Of a stretch of 64,000 nt of DNA, positions 11,732-25,079 are shown piece after piece. The DNA comes from Klebsormidium nitens (taxonomy: Eukaryota; Plantae; Klebsormidiophyceae). The notes beneath the pieces were generated by a model that searched no databases, was not told where the DNA came from, and was given only the letters and a program-made list of their open reading frames with translations. A program made the translations under genes and the position numbers. Position 1 is the first letter of the stretch, and every line of letters begins with the position of its first letter. Where the stretch lies: positions 1 through 64,000 of the forward strand of contig DF237305.1 of the NCBI GenBank assembly GCA_000708835.1. Direction: 5' to 3'.

Positions 11732-14700
11732 ATGGGGGACTCGATCGCAAACGCATATCAAGGCCACCAGACAGTAGAGCTTCAAAGCCTGTTTGGTGGT
11801 TCTAGCAGCGGTGAATTGTCTCCAGAAATGCCGCACAAGGGGAATGCAGGGTGGACCGATCCCGCGTCAGAGCAGCTGAACGGGATTTGCAGCAGCTCTT
11901 CCAGGCCAGATCAGCTGGACGAGAATGCGACACTTGTCACCATCAGGAGCATCGAGCTGCTTCAGCGGAGCCTCTTGCGCGACGCTGGGTTTGCTGCGCT
12001 ATGCTTGGCCTCCGGAGGTGTTGTTGCGCTGTTGTGCTACTGGCGAGCGTCGTGGTACGCTAAACTGAGGTTTACAAGAGTTGGGGCTGGGGATCAAGGC
12101 GCGTCGCATGTTCTGGTAGAGAGTTTGGATAGCCTATTCACTGTCTGCCCACTTGAAACAGCCCGGGTGGCGACTGGAGCCAAGCATGGCGCGAGGTGGA
12201 CACAGAGTCTCCTCTCTGAGGTGGTAAGTAAACTTCCTCTCAGAGACATATGAGGCAGTGACACCCGTTTTTCTAGCCCGTCAACCACCAGCGGTAAGTG
12301 GGGAGTAGAACGGATCGGTATGAATGTCTAGGAATTGGAGACCAGCAACAGATAGCTGATGGTTTGACAGGCAACAAAGAATTGGCAACAAGCCACAGGA
12401 CGCGAGGTGCTCCCTCCAGAGGTGGTGTCAACAACCAGTCTCTCAATACCCCTGCTGCAGGTTGGCAGTGCCAACGGCCCCTGTACGTTTGGGTGGCGCA
12501 ATGAGCGCTTTTGGCAGACCCCGGGCGGGTGGTGCCGGCAGCGGCTGTCCCTCAAGCGCAGCTATGTGGATCTCCATGACCTGGCTGCACGGAACGCTAT
12601 GCAACTGGGCCACAACTGGGAGCAAGGTACTGAACTCCACATACTGAACCCAGCCTTCTTGGGGCTATTGTGAAGTCAGGTCTGCCTAGTGCTCCTTGCT
12701 ATCTCTCATAAAAGGATTTAGGTTTGTGCCTTTATTTTCGAGCTAGGGCAGTGGTCAGGAAGGTGTGCCCATGGGAGATTCTGTTTATGCTGTCTGCCAT
12801 ACCTCGAGTTCAATAAGGTCGCTGCTGTGAGGCTAACCTACAAACTCAAGGGAGTGAATGGGGTTCCGCTCTTGCAGGCGCCCAAGTTTGCACACCGGAG
12901 GCTCGGCGCTGGCTCACGTATGGGGACAACGTGCTGACAGTGGTAGTAACTCCGTTCATGTGAGCCAGTTGCGGCCACGCACGAAGTTTCATGGATCGAC
13001 TGCACCGAATATCGTGTCTGAATACTGGGGCTCGAGAATTTGTGGCTTGGCATGCTTGGCTTACTCGTTTTCTGCAGATCCTGAGATGGTCAATACCGAC
13101 TTGACTGAGTGAGGCGCGGTCTGTGCTGTGCAGCATTCTCCTGGTGCTGGAGTTCTTCAAGCCCTTCTTCATCTTCCAAGCTCTGGCTATCCTTATCTGG
13201 TGAGTGACGGGGGAGCGCAGCACATCATTGCAAGTTGTGAAATGCAATTGAATTTGAGTGTTGGATTGCACTTGGGTTTTGAAGGCACTCGTTCATGCAG
13301 AGCCGTTTGATTGAACTCGGAGTCGGCATGCTTTTGATACAAGGAAGTGCGAATCCACAATTGAGATAAAACTGAGTACATAATGGACTGACCCAACCCT
13401 GCTAGATTTCCGCCTTAGCGGACAGGGATTTGAGCTCTAAAAGCGCTTGCGTAGCTGCTGTTGACTTTTGTAAGCCGGGGTTTAAATATCAGCGCTACCT
13501 GGTCAAAGCTAGCGTGTTGTATATTTACAACCTCAAGAGACACACGTTTCGAAGTCTTGAGGTTTGGTACAGCCGATTGAGAGTTGTACTCTACTGGATA
13601 CAGGTTCCTCCAGAAATACGTCGTCTACGCTTACGTTATCCTGGCCCTCACCATCAGCTCCGCGCTCTTCAACGCGTTCGAGTCGTGGCGCAACCTGCAC
13701 GCCATCCAGAAGCTCGCGTCCTCCGAGTGCACCGTCCTGCGCGTCACCGCTCACGCCGATGGCGTCGACAAACCCCCGACGCTGCGCTCGGAGCGGGTCA
13801 AGTCGAGCCAGCTCATGCCGGGGGACCTCATCGAAGTAGTGCCCAGTATGATATTCCCCTGCGACTGCGTTCTGCTAACGGGGCAGGCCGTCATTAAGGA
13901 GGTGAGGGGACTAGTGAGGTACCGCTAGTTGCATTGCGCAGGATCGCGCTGGATTTGTCGGCGTTCGACAGTGCACGAGCCATCTTTGCGACCGCGTTTG
14001 GTGATCTGCGTATGGCAGCGCCTGACATTAGTCCTATCAAAGCGCCCGTGGGAGTAGTCACTGGCCAATGAGCCCCCACAGTTTCAACTTTAAGGAGATT
14101 GTTTGCCAATGAAGCGCCTCTGATGTTCTATGGTGATCGTGCTCAGATCGTTGTCTTGGCAAGACAACTCAAGAAGCTAGTTGGATGCTACGGCGATGGT
14201 TTGCTGAACCCGTTATCTCCTTGACTCTGCAGTCCATGCTGACCGGCGAGAGCGCCCCGGTGCTCAAGTCGAGCTTGCCCCTAGACCCCCCGGAAGGCGG
14301 CCGCGGTTACTACGACCCCGCCCTTGAGCGCGACTCCAAGTTCCGGCTGCTGTCCGGGACTAGTGTGGTGCAGATCAAGCGACCGGGCGCGCCGCCCGCA
14401 AACGATGGCAGCGGAGAAGGAGGACCGCTGCGCTCCGTGTGGGACTTCGGACTGCCGACTGATGCGGCCGGCAAAAAAAGAGTGAGCGGTATCAAGGCTC
14501 TGAGCCGCTCGAGCGCTTCTTACCTATATGGGAATGTATAGGATCTTGACGGCGTCTTCGCAGGCCGGAAGTGAACTATTGCAGCCTGCCGAGACGACTT
14601 TGGAACGGTTGATTGAAAAGCTTGAGTACGTGTGGTCAGACGTTTGCCCTACGCGTGGCGATACGATCTTATGTTTGTTAATGCACCTTGTGGTGTGAAA

Positions 14701-17700
14701 GGAGTTGGGGACGCGCTTGACCCGTGTCTTATCATGCACCTTAAATGGAGTATCAAGTGTTAAGATTCAACACTCGCCAGCCCAGGTGGAGTTCCTCTGA
14801 AGGTCAAGGATGGGTACCGGTGAGAAGCAGGTCACTTTTACGGTCAGCCTTTATAGCTACGTTTGAAGCTTTCTAATCCTAAAGCTTAGTCATCCTAAAG
14901 CTTACAACTTGTAAGTCTAAAAACATTTTCTCCTCTGCTCTTGTGGCAGATGCCGGTGGTGGCTGTGGTTGGCGCGACTGCGTACAACACGGCCAAGGGC
15001 CAGCTGGTGCGCGCGATCCTGTTCCCGAAGCAGGCCGCGCTGGACTTCGAGAAGAAGATGTACTACTTCGTGGTCAACCTGCTGCTCTACCTGCTGGCCG
15101 CCATCATTGCTACCATCGTCATCCAGCGCAACACGGTGAGGACCGGCTTCAGAGCAGTTCATTGCAGGGAAAAGATTCAAGAGACGAGCGTCAGCAGGAA
15201 GCCAAGCCGACGTGGCGATAGCCAGTGATTGATGTTACGAGCTTGTCTAACATGCACAAAAGCTGCAACGCAGATTCTGCAAAAGGGGCTTGCTAAATAC
15301 CCGAGCCCCATCCTTGAGCACTTGATACCGGATAACTCATCCAAAAAAAAATCGGATCGGTTGCGACCTTGAGTCATTGAAGCCCCACTTTTCCAAATAC
15401 ACGCAAGGCTTAAACGTCGCTCCTTCTCCCCCTTTCTGACAGAACACGGCGGCGCTGATCACGCTCAACTGCCTGAACCTGGTGACGATCGCCATCCCCC
15501 CCGCGCTGCCGCTCGCGCTGTCCATCGGGCTGTCCGTCAGCTTCGGGCGGCTGCAGGGCAAGAAGATCTTCTGCATCGCCCCCCCCCGCATCGTGAACGC
15601 CGGCCGCGTCAACGCCGCGTGCTTCGACAAGACGGGCACGCTCACCGAGGACGGCCTCAGCCTGCGCGGGGTGTGCGCGGTCCGGGAAACGGAGGAGGGC
15701 GCGCGCGCGCTCACGGCGATCCAGGCGGATGTGCAGAAGGCGTACCTGGAGGCGCACCAGGTGAGCAATGGGGGGCGGCACTTCTGGGCTCGTATCACGA
15801 AAGTTACGACGCCCGTCGACTCTGATGGATTCGAGAAGAGAAATAGGCGTGACAAGCTGAGGGAATTCTCTCTGCAAGAGCCAAGGACTGGGAATGATAT
15901 AACTGGCTTCTTGACAAGTACGAGAATCCACTGTTCACCGCCCCTTGATGCAACTGCGTTTGAGCGTATTGTTCTTCTTGTTCGCGGAAGGGCTGGGGCA
16001 AAAGAACGAAGGCACCTTGCCCTTGCTTTGCTTTGCCTCTCACGGAACCAAGAGTTTAAACCTACTGCTTCTTACTGTTGCGCATGCTAGGGAGCGCTTT
16101 GAGAAGGGCTTACTGCATCAACTTTCGTTCTTTGCCTCATTCAACGATACCGCTGAAACGCTCTTAACGCTTCAATCGTCTAACGTCCCTGTCTGCAGGC
16201 CTGCTCCGACAGCCAGTCGAGCAGCGTCCCCGCCGCCCGGTTGGCCCTGTGCCACGTGCTGGCCGCCTGCCACGGCCTGTCCTTGCTCGAGCAGTCCGCC
16301 CTGGAGCTCCCGGACGAAAACTGCCGCGACGACCCGCGGCCGCGCCGCAGCTGGAAGAGTGTGTTGGGTCTGGAGGGCGCGCTCGCGTTCCACCGCCACA
16401 GCGAGCAGGTGATGCCAGAGGGGGGTGCGTGCGAGGAGCAAAACGAGCCCCCCGCGCCGAGCTTCGTCGGGGACCCGCTCGAGGTCCAGATGTTCGCGCA
16501 AACAGGTGCGATCAGCTGCGGGCAGCTCGGCAGTTTCTGTTTTCATTGACGTCAGCCTTTGGAACCCGACAATGCAGCATCTGCGGCTTCGCTGAAGTCG
16601 GCGCGATACTTTCTTACCCATGTGGTGCCCAGCTCGTCACTTTGTTCCTATGACTGTAATTGCCAATCAGAGCGACGTGCACTGTGCGCCGAATTGCTTG
16701 GTCGGGAAGAGACAAGTTCTAGAGAAGGATTCCTCCGGTACACAAGCTTTGAGGAAATTTGACGGCGTCCTCACCTGCTTCAGGCTGGACGTACTCCGCA
16801 CGGCCCGACGATGCCCACTTCGTGCCCGCCGCTCCCGTGCACCCCTACTCCGTTTGGTCGCATCCCCTGCTCCCCCCCTCCGCCGACACTGTTCTGATCC
16901 CCCCCCCGGAGGAGGACGACGCGGGCCGCGCCGCGCTGGCGGTGCTGCGGCGGTTCGACTTTGACAACGAGATCCGCATGATGAGCACGCTCGTGCTGGA
17001 GCTGCCACCTGGCACGCTCGGGGGAGACCACCGCAGCGCCGCGCTGCTCGCGAAGGGTGCGCCGGAAAGGTACGGCGCCGCTCAGAGCGCGACGAGTGGA
17101 CTTGGCGGTTAAAATAGCATTTCCTGAAACGCTGGCCGATCTCTTTTTTCTCCATTATGAGATGAGGTGACTTGAAAACTGATCTCGGCGGAGAGCACTG
17201 CAGCGCTGCGCTGCTTGCAAAGGGTGCGCCGGAGAGGTACGGTGCCTCACAGTGTGTGACGGGTACATCTGGTCTCTACCAATCGTCCATCTCCTGATGC
17301 ACCTGCCCTTCCTCTTCTCGGTTGTCCTTTCAGGTGGTCCTCAAAGCTCACTCGTCTCTTTTACCCGGCTCCTGGTAACGGAAGCCTCCACCTATTGACT
17401 GACCGCGTGCGAAAATTTTCTCGTTGTCAGTTCCCTCACGCCCCCAAACCCCGCCGTGTGCAGCATCAAGGAGCGGTGCCTCCCCGCGTCCCTGCCCGTC
17501 GACTTCGAGTCTCAGCTGCAGGCGCTGGCCCTCAACGGCGACCGCGTCCTGGCGTGCGCGTACCGCGCGTTCCCGTGCACCGCCGCCACGCTGGACCCCC
17601 TCCTGCGCGCGCCGCGCGCGGACATGGAGAGCGGGCTCACGTTCGCCGGGTTCCTGGTGATGGAGAACAAGCTGAAGCCCGAGACGCCCGGCGTGCTGCG

Positions 17701-20700
17701 TCAGCTGACGGCGGCCGGCCTGCGCCAGGTCATGGTCACCGGGGACAATCCGCTGACTGCTATCGCCGTTGCCAGGTAGGCCCGGTGGTGGTTTCAGGTG
17801 TTTGGTTTGATCGTGCAATAAAGAAGTCTGCGTATGGTTCCCGTCTATCGCAGTCACTATGAGTTCATCGTACGTTCACTGCCGAATCGACGTACCCTCA
17901 AAGGCGTCCCCTGACGAGTCGAGAGCTTCGAAAACTGCAGATGGCTGAGGTTGACAAGAAGCTTCTCTTAACGGAATCTGATGGGATCGATTTTCGTGGC
18001 GGCAGGAAATGCGGCCCGTTCTTCTTGCGCCCCTCTCGGCGCACGTTCTTGCTGGACCGCGGCGAAGACGCGGCCGGCACGTCGGGGTCGGGGTGCGTGC
18101 TGCGAGACGTGGCCACGCAAAGCCAGCTGGACTTTGACCACCACTGGGGCAAAGGCGGAGGGGCGGACTTGGAGCAAGGCGCGGGTGACGCGGCGGTGAG
18201 CACAGCCCAGCTTGCGGCACCGGGCAGCGGATTTTTTGCAGACTTTTGGTTTGACAGGGCTATCTCATGTCCCCCGTATTGTGCCGCATCTTATAGACAG
18301 TAGGCTCTCAGATGTGGTTTGCTGTCCAATCTAAGCTGGAGGCGAGCGGTCTCGCTTCTCGAGGCTTTCAAATTACGATCTTTTGCAGTCCGGTCCTTAC
18401 TTTGCAGATGGATACGATAGAACTGAGAATCAAGCGGCAGAGGTTTTTAATGACCCTTTCCAAACAGGATCATCCCCGGATACTAAGGGTCCTTTTTGTC
18501 CTTCTCCCCAGTTCGGCGTCGACTTGGTGGTCACCGGGCGAGCCTTCCAGGCACTCCAGGCACAGCACAACGATTCTGGGAAAGACAGTCGGGGCAGCCT
18601 TCCTGGGACGTCAAGCCTTATCCATCCGGAGTCGCCGGGCGGGGCCGCCTTCTCCCCCTTCGAGAGCGTACTGGCGCGGGCGAACATCTTCGCGCGGATG
18701 TCCCCGCAGAACAAAGTGGACCTCATCACGGCGCTCATGGACCTCGGCTACACCGTCTGCATGTGAGCACCGCGAACGCAAGAGACAAAATCGGCGAATT
18801 TTATGCTTCTCTCCTGATTTCTCGTCGTAATAATGTATCTATTCCAGCCCACGGGCATCCAATGACGGTACTCCTCCCTACAGGCTGCTTATGAATCTCT
18901 CAAAAGATCAATGCCCCTAGAAAGAGAGATCAAGAGAGTAATAATCATGGTGTGCGCGCATCTGAGGGGTGCTCCGTTCACTCCGCAGGACGGGCGACGG
19001 CGCGAACGACTCGATGGCCCTCAAGGCCGCTGACGTGGGCATCAGCATCGCGAGCAAGGAGGTGGAGGAGGAGGACAGCGTCAACGCCGCGCCCAGTATC
19101 GCCGCGCCTTTCTCTACCAAGGCACGCCGCGCGTCCTCTCCAGCTCTTTTTGCAACCGCTCCTCAGCGCATTCGCCAGCGGTAGATTGCCTCGCTGATTT
19201 GTCCTCCTACCCCGGGTGTTCCTAGGACCTAAGCATGACCTGGCCTCGCGTTTCCCTTGTCCTCGTAAACAAAACACTGTATTGTTGGTGACAAACAGCT
19301 GTCTACTTACTTACCGAGGGCTTGAAACATGATTTGACACGCGAAAAGCAAAGGCGTCCGGGTAGCAGAACTGTGGCCGATCCTTCGGCACACGCGGACT
19401 CCTGAGGAGTCTCGCGGCATTCTCTCACAGCTGGACTCATGTGTTTTGCAGCTGGCGCACATCGGCGCGGTGCCGCTGGTGCTGGCGGAGGGTCGCAGCG
19501 CGATGGTGACGGCGGCCAGCATGTTCAAGTACATGTTCACCTACGGCCTCATCCAAACCACCTCCGTCATCGTGCTCTACAGGTAAGCCCCCCGGCCACG
19601 GCTGCTCTTGCGAAGGAGACGTTTACAAGTTTTCGTGAATAAGATGGCGTAGCACAAGAAGCGGCTCCCTCGCGGAGTTTTGTCACTCAAATGCCACCTT
19701 TCTCTTGATAGGTACCTTCGAAAGTTGAAAAGATCAGCGTCCCTCGCTTGGGGTTTTGGATGCTTTTTCCCTGTGCACGCCTTCCTTCCCATAGATGCAA
19801 CTTCCTTTCGAGCACGCGTTTCTCTCCCCTCTTGTCTCCGCTCTGATGGACGAACGATCATCCACTCAACCCACACTCCAGTCTCAAGGTCCAAGGCTGC
19901 TCTCTCAAGCTCGCTTTTCCTCGTGCGCTTGCCCAGGTTGCAGTTGGAGCTGTACCAGTACATGTATTTGTGGGCGGACCTGGCGCTGGTGTTCCCCATG
20001 GTGGTCCTCATTCCGTCCATCCTGCCGCGCCCCGACCTCACCCCGGGCCGCCCCGAGAGCGACCTGCTCGCGCGCTCTGTGCTCGTGTCCGTTTACGGCC
20101 ATTCCGCCATTCTGATCGCCTTCCAGGCGCTCGCCAGCCACTATCTGCAAACGCAGGTCAGCCCGCCGAAATCAGACGTGTAATGGGCAGGATTACAATC
20201 TTGAAAGAGGGGAACTGGTTGAAAATATCGTTGTAAGATAAGAGCACCAGGCTTTGCTCATTTATAAGGGCTTGATTTTATGTCAAAACATCATATGCTT
20301 GCAGATGTTGTTACGATTATAGGTACCCAAGAGATTGTATTTGGGGAGGTATAACAGCACTTGCGGTAGAACTCTGTTTTTATTGTAATGCCTTAATCTT
20401 TTGGCGGTGCTTGTTCCGCCTGTGTTTCTTGCTAAGCAAAGAACCGGATATCTTGGCAGGCAACAAAAGCCGTTTATGCGGCTCGAAAGAAAACGTTCTT
20501 CGGACGGAAGTATGTTCCCATTTGTCGTACGTTTTGGACGCTTCTGGTGGGCTGCCGTTGTGGGCAGCCACGTGTCTAATCACGTTCCTTGCTTTCTTGT
20601 TGCCAGTCGTGGTACCAGCAGCCGTTGCCCAACACGCCGGGCTTCGATGCACAGTTCAACCAGAACACCACGGAGTCCTGGCTCTTCTCCACCTTCCAGG

Positions 20701-21405
20701 TGAGCCCAACGACCCAAACTCTCCTCATTCTGGGCATATGGGCACAGCAACTTCTTCGTTGCCCTGCATCATCGTCGCACACAAGCATTACATGACTGCA
20801 CATCGCTTTTGATCGGTCGACGGTGCCAAACAACGGTGTGGTAATGACTACTGGAGTACACGCTGCCAGCCCGCCGCGATAGTACACCGCACAATTGTGC
20901 ACCTCACATTTGCTTCCACCCTCCCCGGCAGTACATCTTCCTGGCTTGGACCTTCGCCCAGAGCTTCGGCAAGTTCCGCGCGCGCATGTTCACCAACCTG
21001 CCGCTCTGCGCCGCGCTCGGGCTGCAACTCCTGATCTGCTCCGGCTTCCTGCTCGCGCCCACGCCCGCCGTGCGCCGCGCGTTCCGCATGGTCGACTTCT
21101 CCCCCCACCGCGGCTTCCTCTTCGGGCTGTGGCTTCTGGCAATGCTTAATGGAGCGGTGCACCTCCTCTTCGAGCGCTTTGCCGTGTTGCACCAGTCGGC
21201 CGAGCCGGACCCGGTAGACCCCCAACCGATCCTGCAAGAGCTGCGCGAGCAGCAGCGCGAGGCGGGCAGGGCGAAGTCCCGGGCGGCGGAGCGGGCTGAG
21301 AGTTGTTGGACGGAGGGCGGGCACTGTATTCCGACGAAGGTTAAGCCGGCACGGTATCAGATTGTGAGCCGGCAGACGTCGCCGATCTGGGCCGCGTTGC
21401 AGTAG
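11732..21405 (+). CDS. ATP13A: P5B-type P-type ATPase (ATP13A2-5/Ypk9-like, putative polyamine transporter), multi-exon
   Basis: Exons encode an N-terminal P5 membrane hairpin (LCLASGGVVALLCYWR), PGDL/FPCDCVLL, SMLTGES, the TM4 motif PPALPLAL, DKTGTLTEDG, KGAPE, MVTGDNPLTA, FARMSPQNK, MTGDGANDSMALKAADVGIS and EGR..MVT. Stop at 21405. PPALP indicates P5B; P5A has PPELP. Confidence 0.93.
17017..17273 (+). repeat. Local ~90-bp direct duplication of the KGAPE exon end plus 5' splice site
   Basis: 17017-17106 aligns with 17184-17273 (offset 167). Both copies carry ...AAGGGTGCGCCGGA(A/G)AG|GTACGG. Confidence 0.85.
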
Positions 21406-22430
21406 GGTATGAGTTGGGACAGAGGAAAACCTGCTTTGACAACCGAACTTCGTGATGCGGATGGTGATCCGATGGTCTCGTAAGTTTGATATAAATGTAC
21501 GTGGTGACCTTAAAGAGGCTCCTCTTTGTTCATCAGTGTGACGGAAACTAAGGCAATGCAATACATCTAAGGACGCAACACTTGCAAACGCAGACGAAAA
21601 TGCTGCTTGATTGAACAACTGATCACAAGATTACGTAGGGAGTGTGTAAGGAGTTCCGACTCAATGCAACTCTAGTTTAGTCTAACACATAGGTATAATT
21701 CAACGTTACATAATTCAAGCGTAAGCTATATGAGTCCGCGACGTGTCCTGATGAACGGGTACATTGCTTGATACAAAAAGACAGATCAACAATTCTTGCG
21801 AATGTTCTCTCAGGTTCAAATCTGCGGGCGCAACATGACGATATGGTCGCACTGCAATTCGGCCAACATTCAGAGACACGGTCTCACACACCATCATCCC
21901 GTATCCCAGGCCTGAGTGGCGAGACATGCTATGTTGCAGTGCAGCTCTTTTCGTTTGGACAGAACGCGTCCGACGAAGCTGGCGGCCGGCCTCAAGGCCG
22001 TCTAGGGCTGGGGGATCCCCCTTGACTCATGCTCCGGGACTGTCTATCAACCAGTTTTGGAACCCGAAACTATGTAGACTGGCTGGCCTTCTTGCTTGGA
22101 CCGAAGCGTGACCCAATTGTTAACCGTCCCTTGACCCAGCTGAGTGCTTTATCTCCCGGACACATATAGCTCGTCCAAAAGCAAAGTGAAAGCTTCTGAC
22201 CCCTCAGCAGAGTGATACAGGCCTGTGCAGGCCCCTTCAGCCATTACGCGCGCTTTCAGAGCTTCCGCAAGCGATGCAATAATGGTGCTGTTTGTTGACC
22301 GCAGGACCGCATACGTCCTCGCTTGCCCGCTTGCTATTTGGTACCATTTGGTTGTTGGGGTCTGAGGTGGTAAATGCCACTGTCCGTAAGTCTCTGCCAG
22401 TGCCAGCCACTAGCAATCTAACTTGGCACA

Positions 22431-24154
22431 ATGGAAGCCCCTGCAAAGCTTCAAAACTGTTACTGGATTTTACGTCACGGTCTGAGCAAGCCAAATGAGG
22501 CAGGCCTGATTGTGAGCAGTGTGGTAAGTTGACGCATTCGCCCACCCAATGCTATGAGTCTGCAGGTATGCTCCAGCTTGCATTGGTCCCTGCTCGGTGA
22601 TGCATTTTGCTGCATTCCTGCCACTATATATCTTGTCACCAGGTCAATAGCGTATTGCTGCCAGCAAATCCCGAACTTAGGCTGATGAGGATCTTGCAGG
22701 ACAATGGTGTGATGCCAGAGCATGGGCTTGCGGACGCGGGGAAGGAGCAAGCAAAGCAAGCGGGGAGGACGCTCAGAAATGTGAGCGAACCGTCCACCAT
22801 CATCCAGTTTGTGGGGCCAACTCTGGTGATGCAGAGCCCGTGTGGTGATTCAGACTGGGTTGCCTCTCTGATTGCAGCAACAGTTCAGCGGGAGAATATG
22901 CTGAAATGCTGAGCCCTTCTGCTACGCGAAGGACTTTTCTGCAGGCTTTGGTGGCAGAGAAGGTTGATGTGAGGACCCTGAGCATCTTTGCATCACCGTT
23001 CAGCCGAACACAAGAGACAGCGGCCATTGCTGCTGCGGAGCTGGCCCAAGATGGGGAAGGGCCAGAGAGCCCCTCAATACAGGTAACGCAGAGCAGTTTG
23101 TCTCCGAGGATTGTTGCGCAGGGCAAGAATGGTAGCAGACTTCAAGCAAATGTCTGGCGACTATCTGCAAGGAGATGCAACAGGTCTGGTGCTTGGGCGT
23201 TCTCACTGCGATCCTCAAGATGCAACTGTTTGTGCGCTAAAACGAAACATCAGGGCATGCCTTGGACTTGTTAAAGTATCTTGTCCTTTCCTGAAGCAGG
23301 AAGCTATTGAGTTGCGGGAGAGGTACTTTGGCCCAGACTTTGAACTGAGGTCGCATGAAAAGGTGGGTACTCAGCTGTTGTGATGCAATATGCTGATGCA
23401 AGTAGAGTGTTGTCAAAGGGCTGGAGTCAATATACCAAAGGTCTGACTATGTTGCAGATCCTCAATCCCCTTTTACCCAGCTACTTTTCCTTCCCAGCTA
23501 CTCTGAAAGCTCTTGATGCAAGGGAAAACCTACTGGGATGTCGTTCGTACTTCAGATTTGAAAAGAGCCCAGGTGGGCCAACTATAGATTCTCACGATGC
23601 GTTTGTCGAGCAGTATCCAGAGATCTGGGCTATGGATGCCAAGGACCCCAGCGTGGGGCCCACCGGTGGGGAGAGCGTCTTGGATGTGGCAGCCAGGCTG
23701 CAGGCCCTCGTAAGAAAGGTCGAATCTCAAACAAGCGGGTGAGTGATTTGCTGACGAAGCTGGACATGCTAGCTGTGTCCAACTTGTTTTGCAAGGATAA
23801 ACATAGTCCTATGACCAAGCTACAGCAGCTCTTTTGCCTCAAGGGGACTGTAAGAGTTGCGTTTTCCGACAATCAAGCTGACGAAATGATGCTCCATAAG
23901 AAGACGGCTTTACACTGTGTGCCTGAGCCAGACTGTCGGTTACTGTTTCCAGGAGACACGTGCTGTTCGTTAGCCACGGGGATACTCTGCAGATTCTCCA
24001 GGCTCTCTTGTCAGGAGCTTTCTTGTCGCAAAGCTTGTTAGCTGGTTCTGTTGAAACAGTTGTGTTGAAAGCTCTATCAACTCATAGAACATTTGCGCTT
24101 GGCACTGGTGAGCTGCGTAGGTTAGCGATCGCCCCGAACGAATCAGATGCATAG
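22431..24154 (+). CDS. Histidine phosphatase superfamily (phosphoglycerate mutase-like) protein, multi-exon
   Basis: Exons encode MEAPAKLQNCYWILRHGLSKPNEAGLIVSS (RHG motif), DNGVMPEHGLADAGKEQA, ASPFSRTQETA, ELRERYFGPDFEL, YPEIWAMDAKDP..GGES and VLFVSHGDTLQILQ, ending ALGTGELRRL. The start could lie further upstream. Confidence 0.88.
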
Positions 24155-25079
24155 TTTGACCACAAGGTGTTTCCTACTCTGATAAACGTGTTCGTCATCT
24201 GGTACCGAATCCCACAGCTTGAGTGTTATAAATTCGGATCAATCACTTTATTGCTTTCTTGATGCCATTTGGCCCGTACGTGGTCCGCGGCGCCGGCCCA
24301 GTTCTAAGTAACACCTGACCGGTACTATTCTTGGCTCAGGATTGAATAGGCTGAATTTATAGCATCGTGTCAGTTCGACCGCATACAAGTGACAGCCGCT
24401 GAGCTGTTGGCAACCATCGGGCCTCACGGCGATTGGACGTACAACCGGCCGCTTATCATTGGAACGCACTGAGGCACGCGTCTTGCAAGCATGCTCATGT
24501 GCGATTATACAAGTAGCCATTTCGTGACAAGCTAATGAGGCGATGAGAGGGATTCACGAGCCTGCATGCCACTTCATATAACTAGAGCATATACCCCTGG
24601 ATCCTGAATTATTGTGCACATTTGGAGGGCCAGCAGACCATTAATCGTGCAAGATCACATGCAGCTGCTAAATGATGAGCCCATGATTGCATGCAGGCGA
24701 TTGTCATTTTGATAGTTTCACAGGTGCATGCCGAATGCAGGGATATACCACGATTATACGACTCGTGGTTGTGAAACGCTGGACCGTTATATAACTAAAT
24801 GTAACTAGACCGTCCAGGGCCAGCCATAGTCAATGTCGGATACGTGGGCTGTAGTAGGCATGCACTGCCTTTGAGATGTTAAGGCCAGATTCGAGCGTGA
24901 CTGATAAAGCGAGAGCAGCACATCCATGGCGTATTGACGGTAGGCCACGTTCTTGACAAACAAAACCATGCCTTCAAAGCGGTGAGATGTCCCGCAGAAT
25001 CTAGGCAGGTCTGTGTCTCTCATCCTGCAGCTGACGACAGCATCTCTCACCTTCCACGGGAGAAAAAACTGCCCAGGCT

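Noticed and set aside
15482-15660. P5A (Spf1/PDR2-type) assignment for the ATPase
   Set aside because: TM4 reads PPALP, not the PPELP of P5A.
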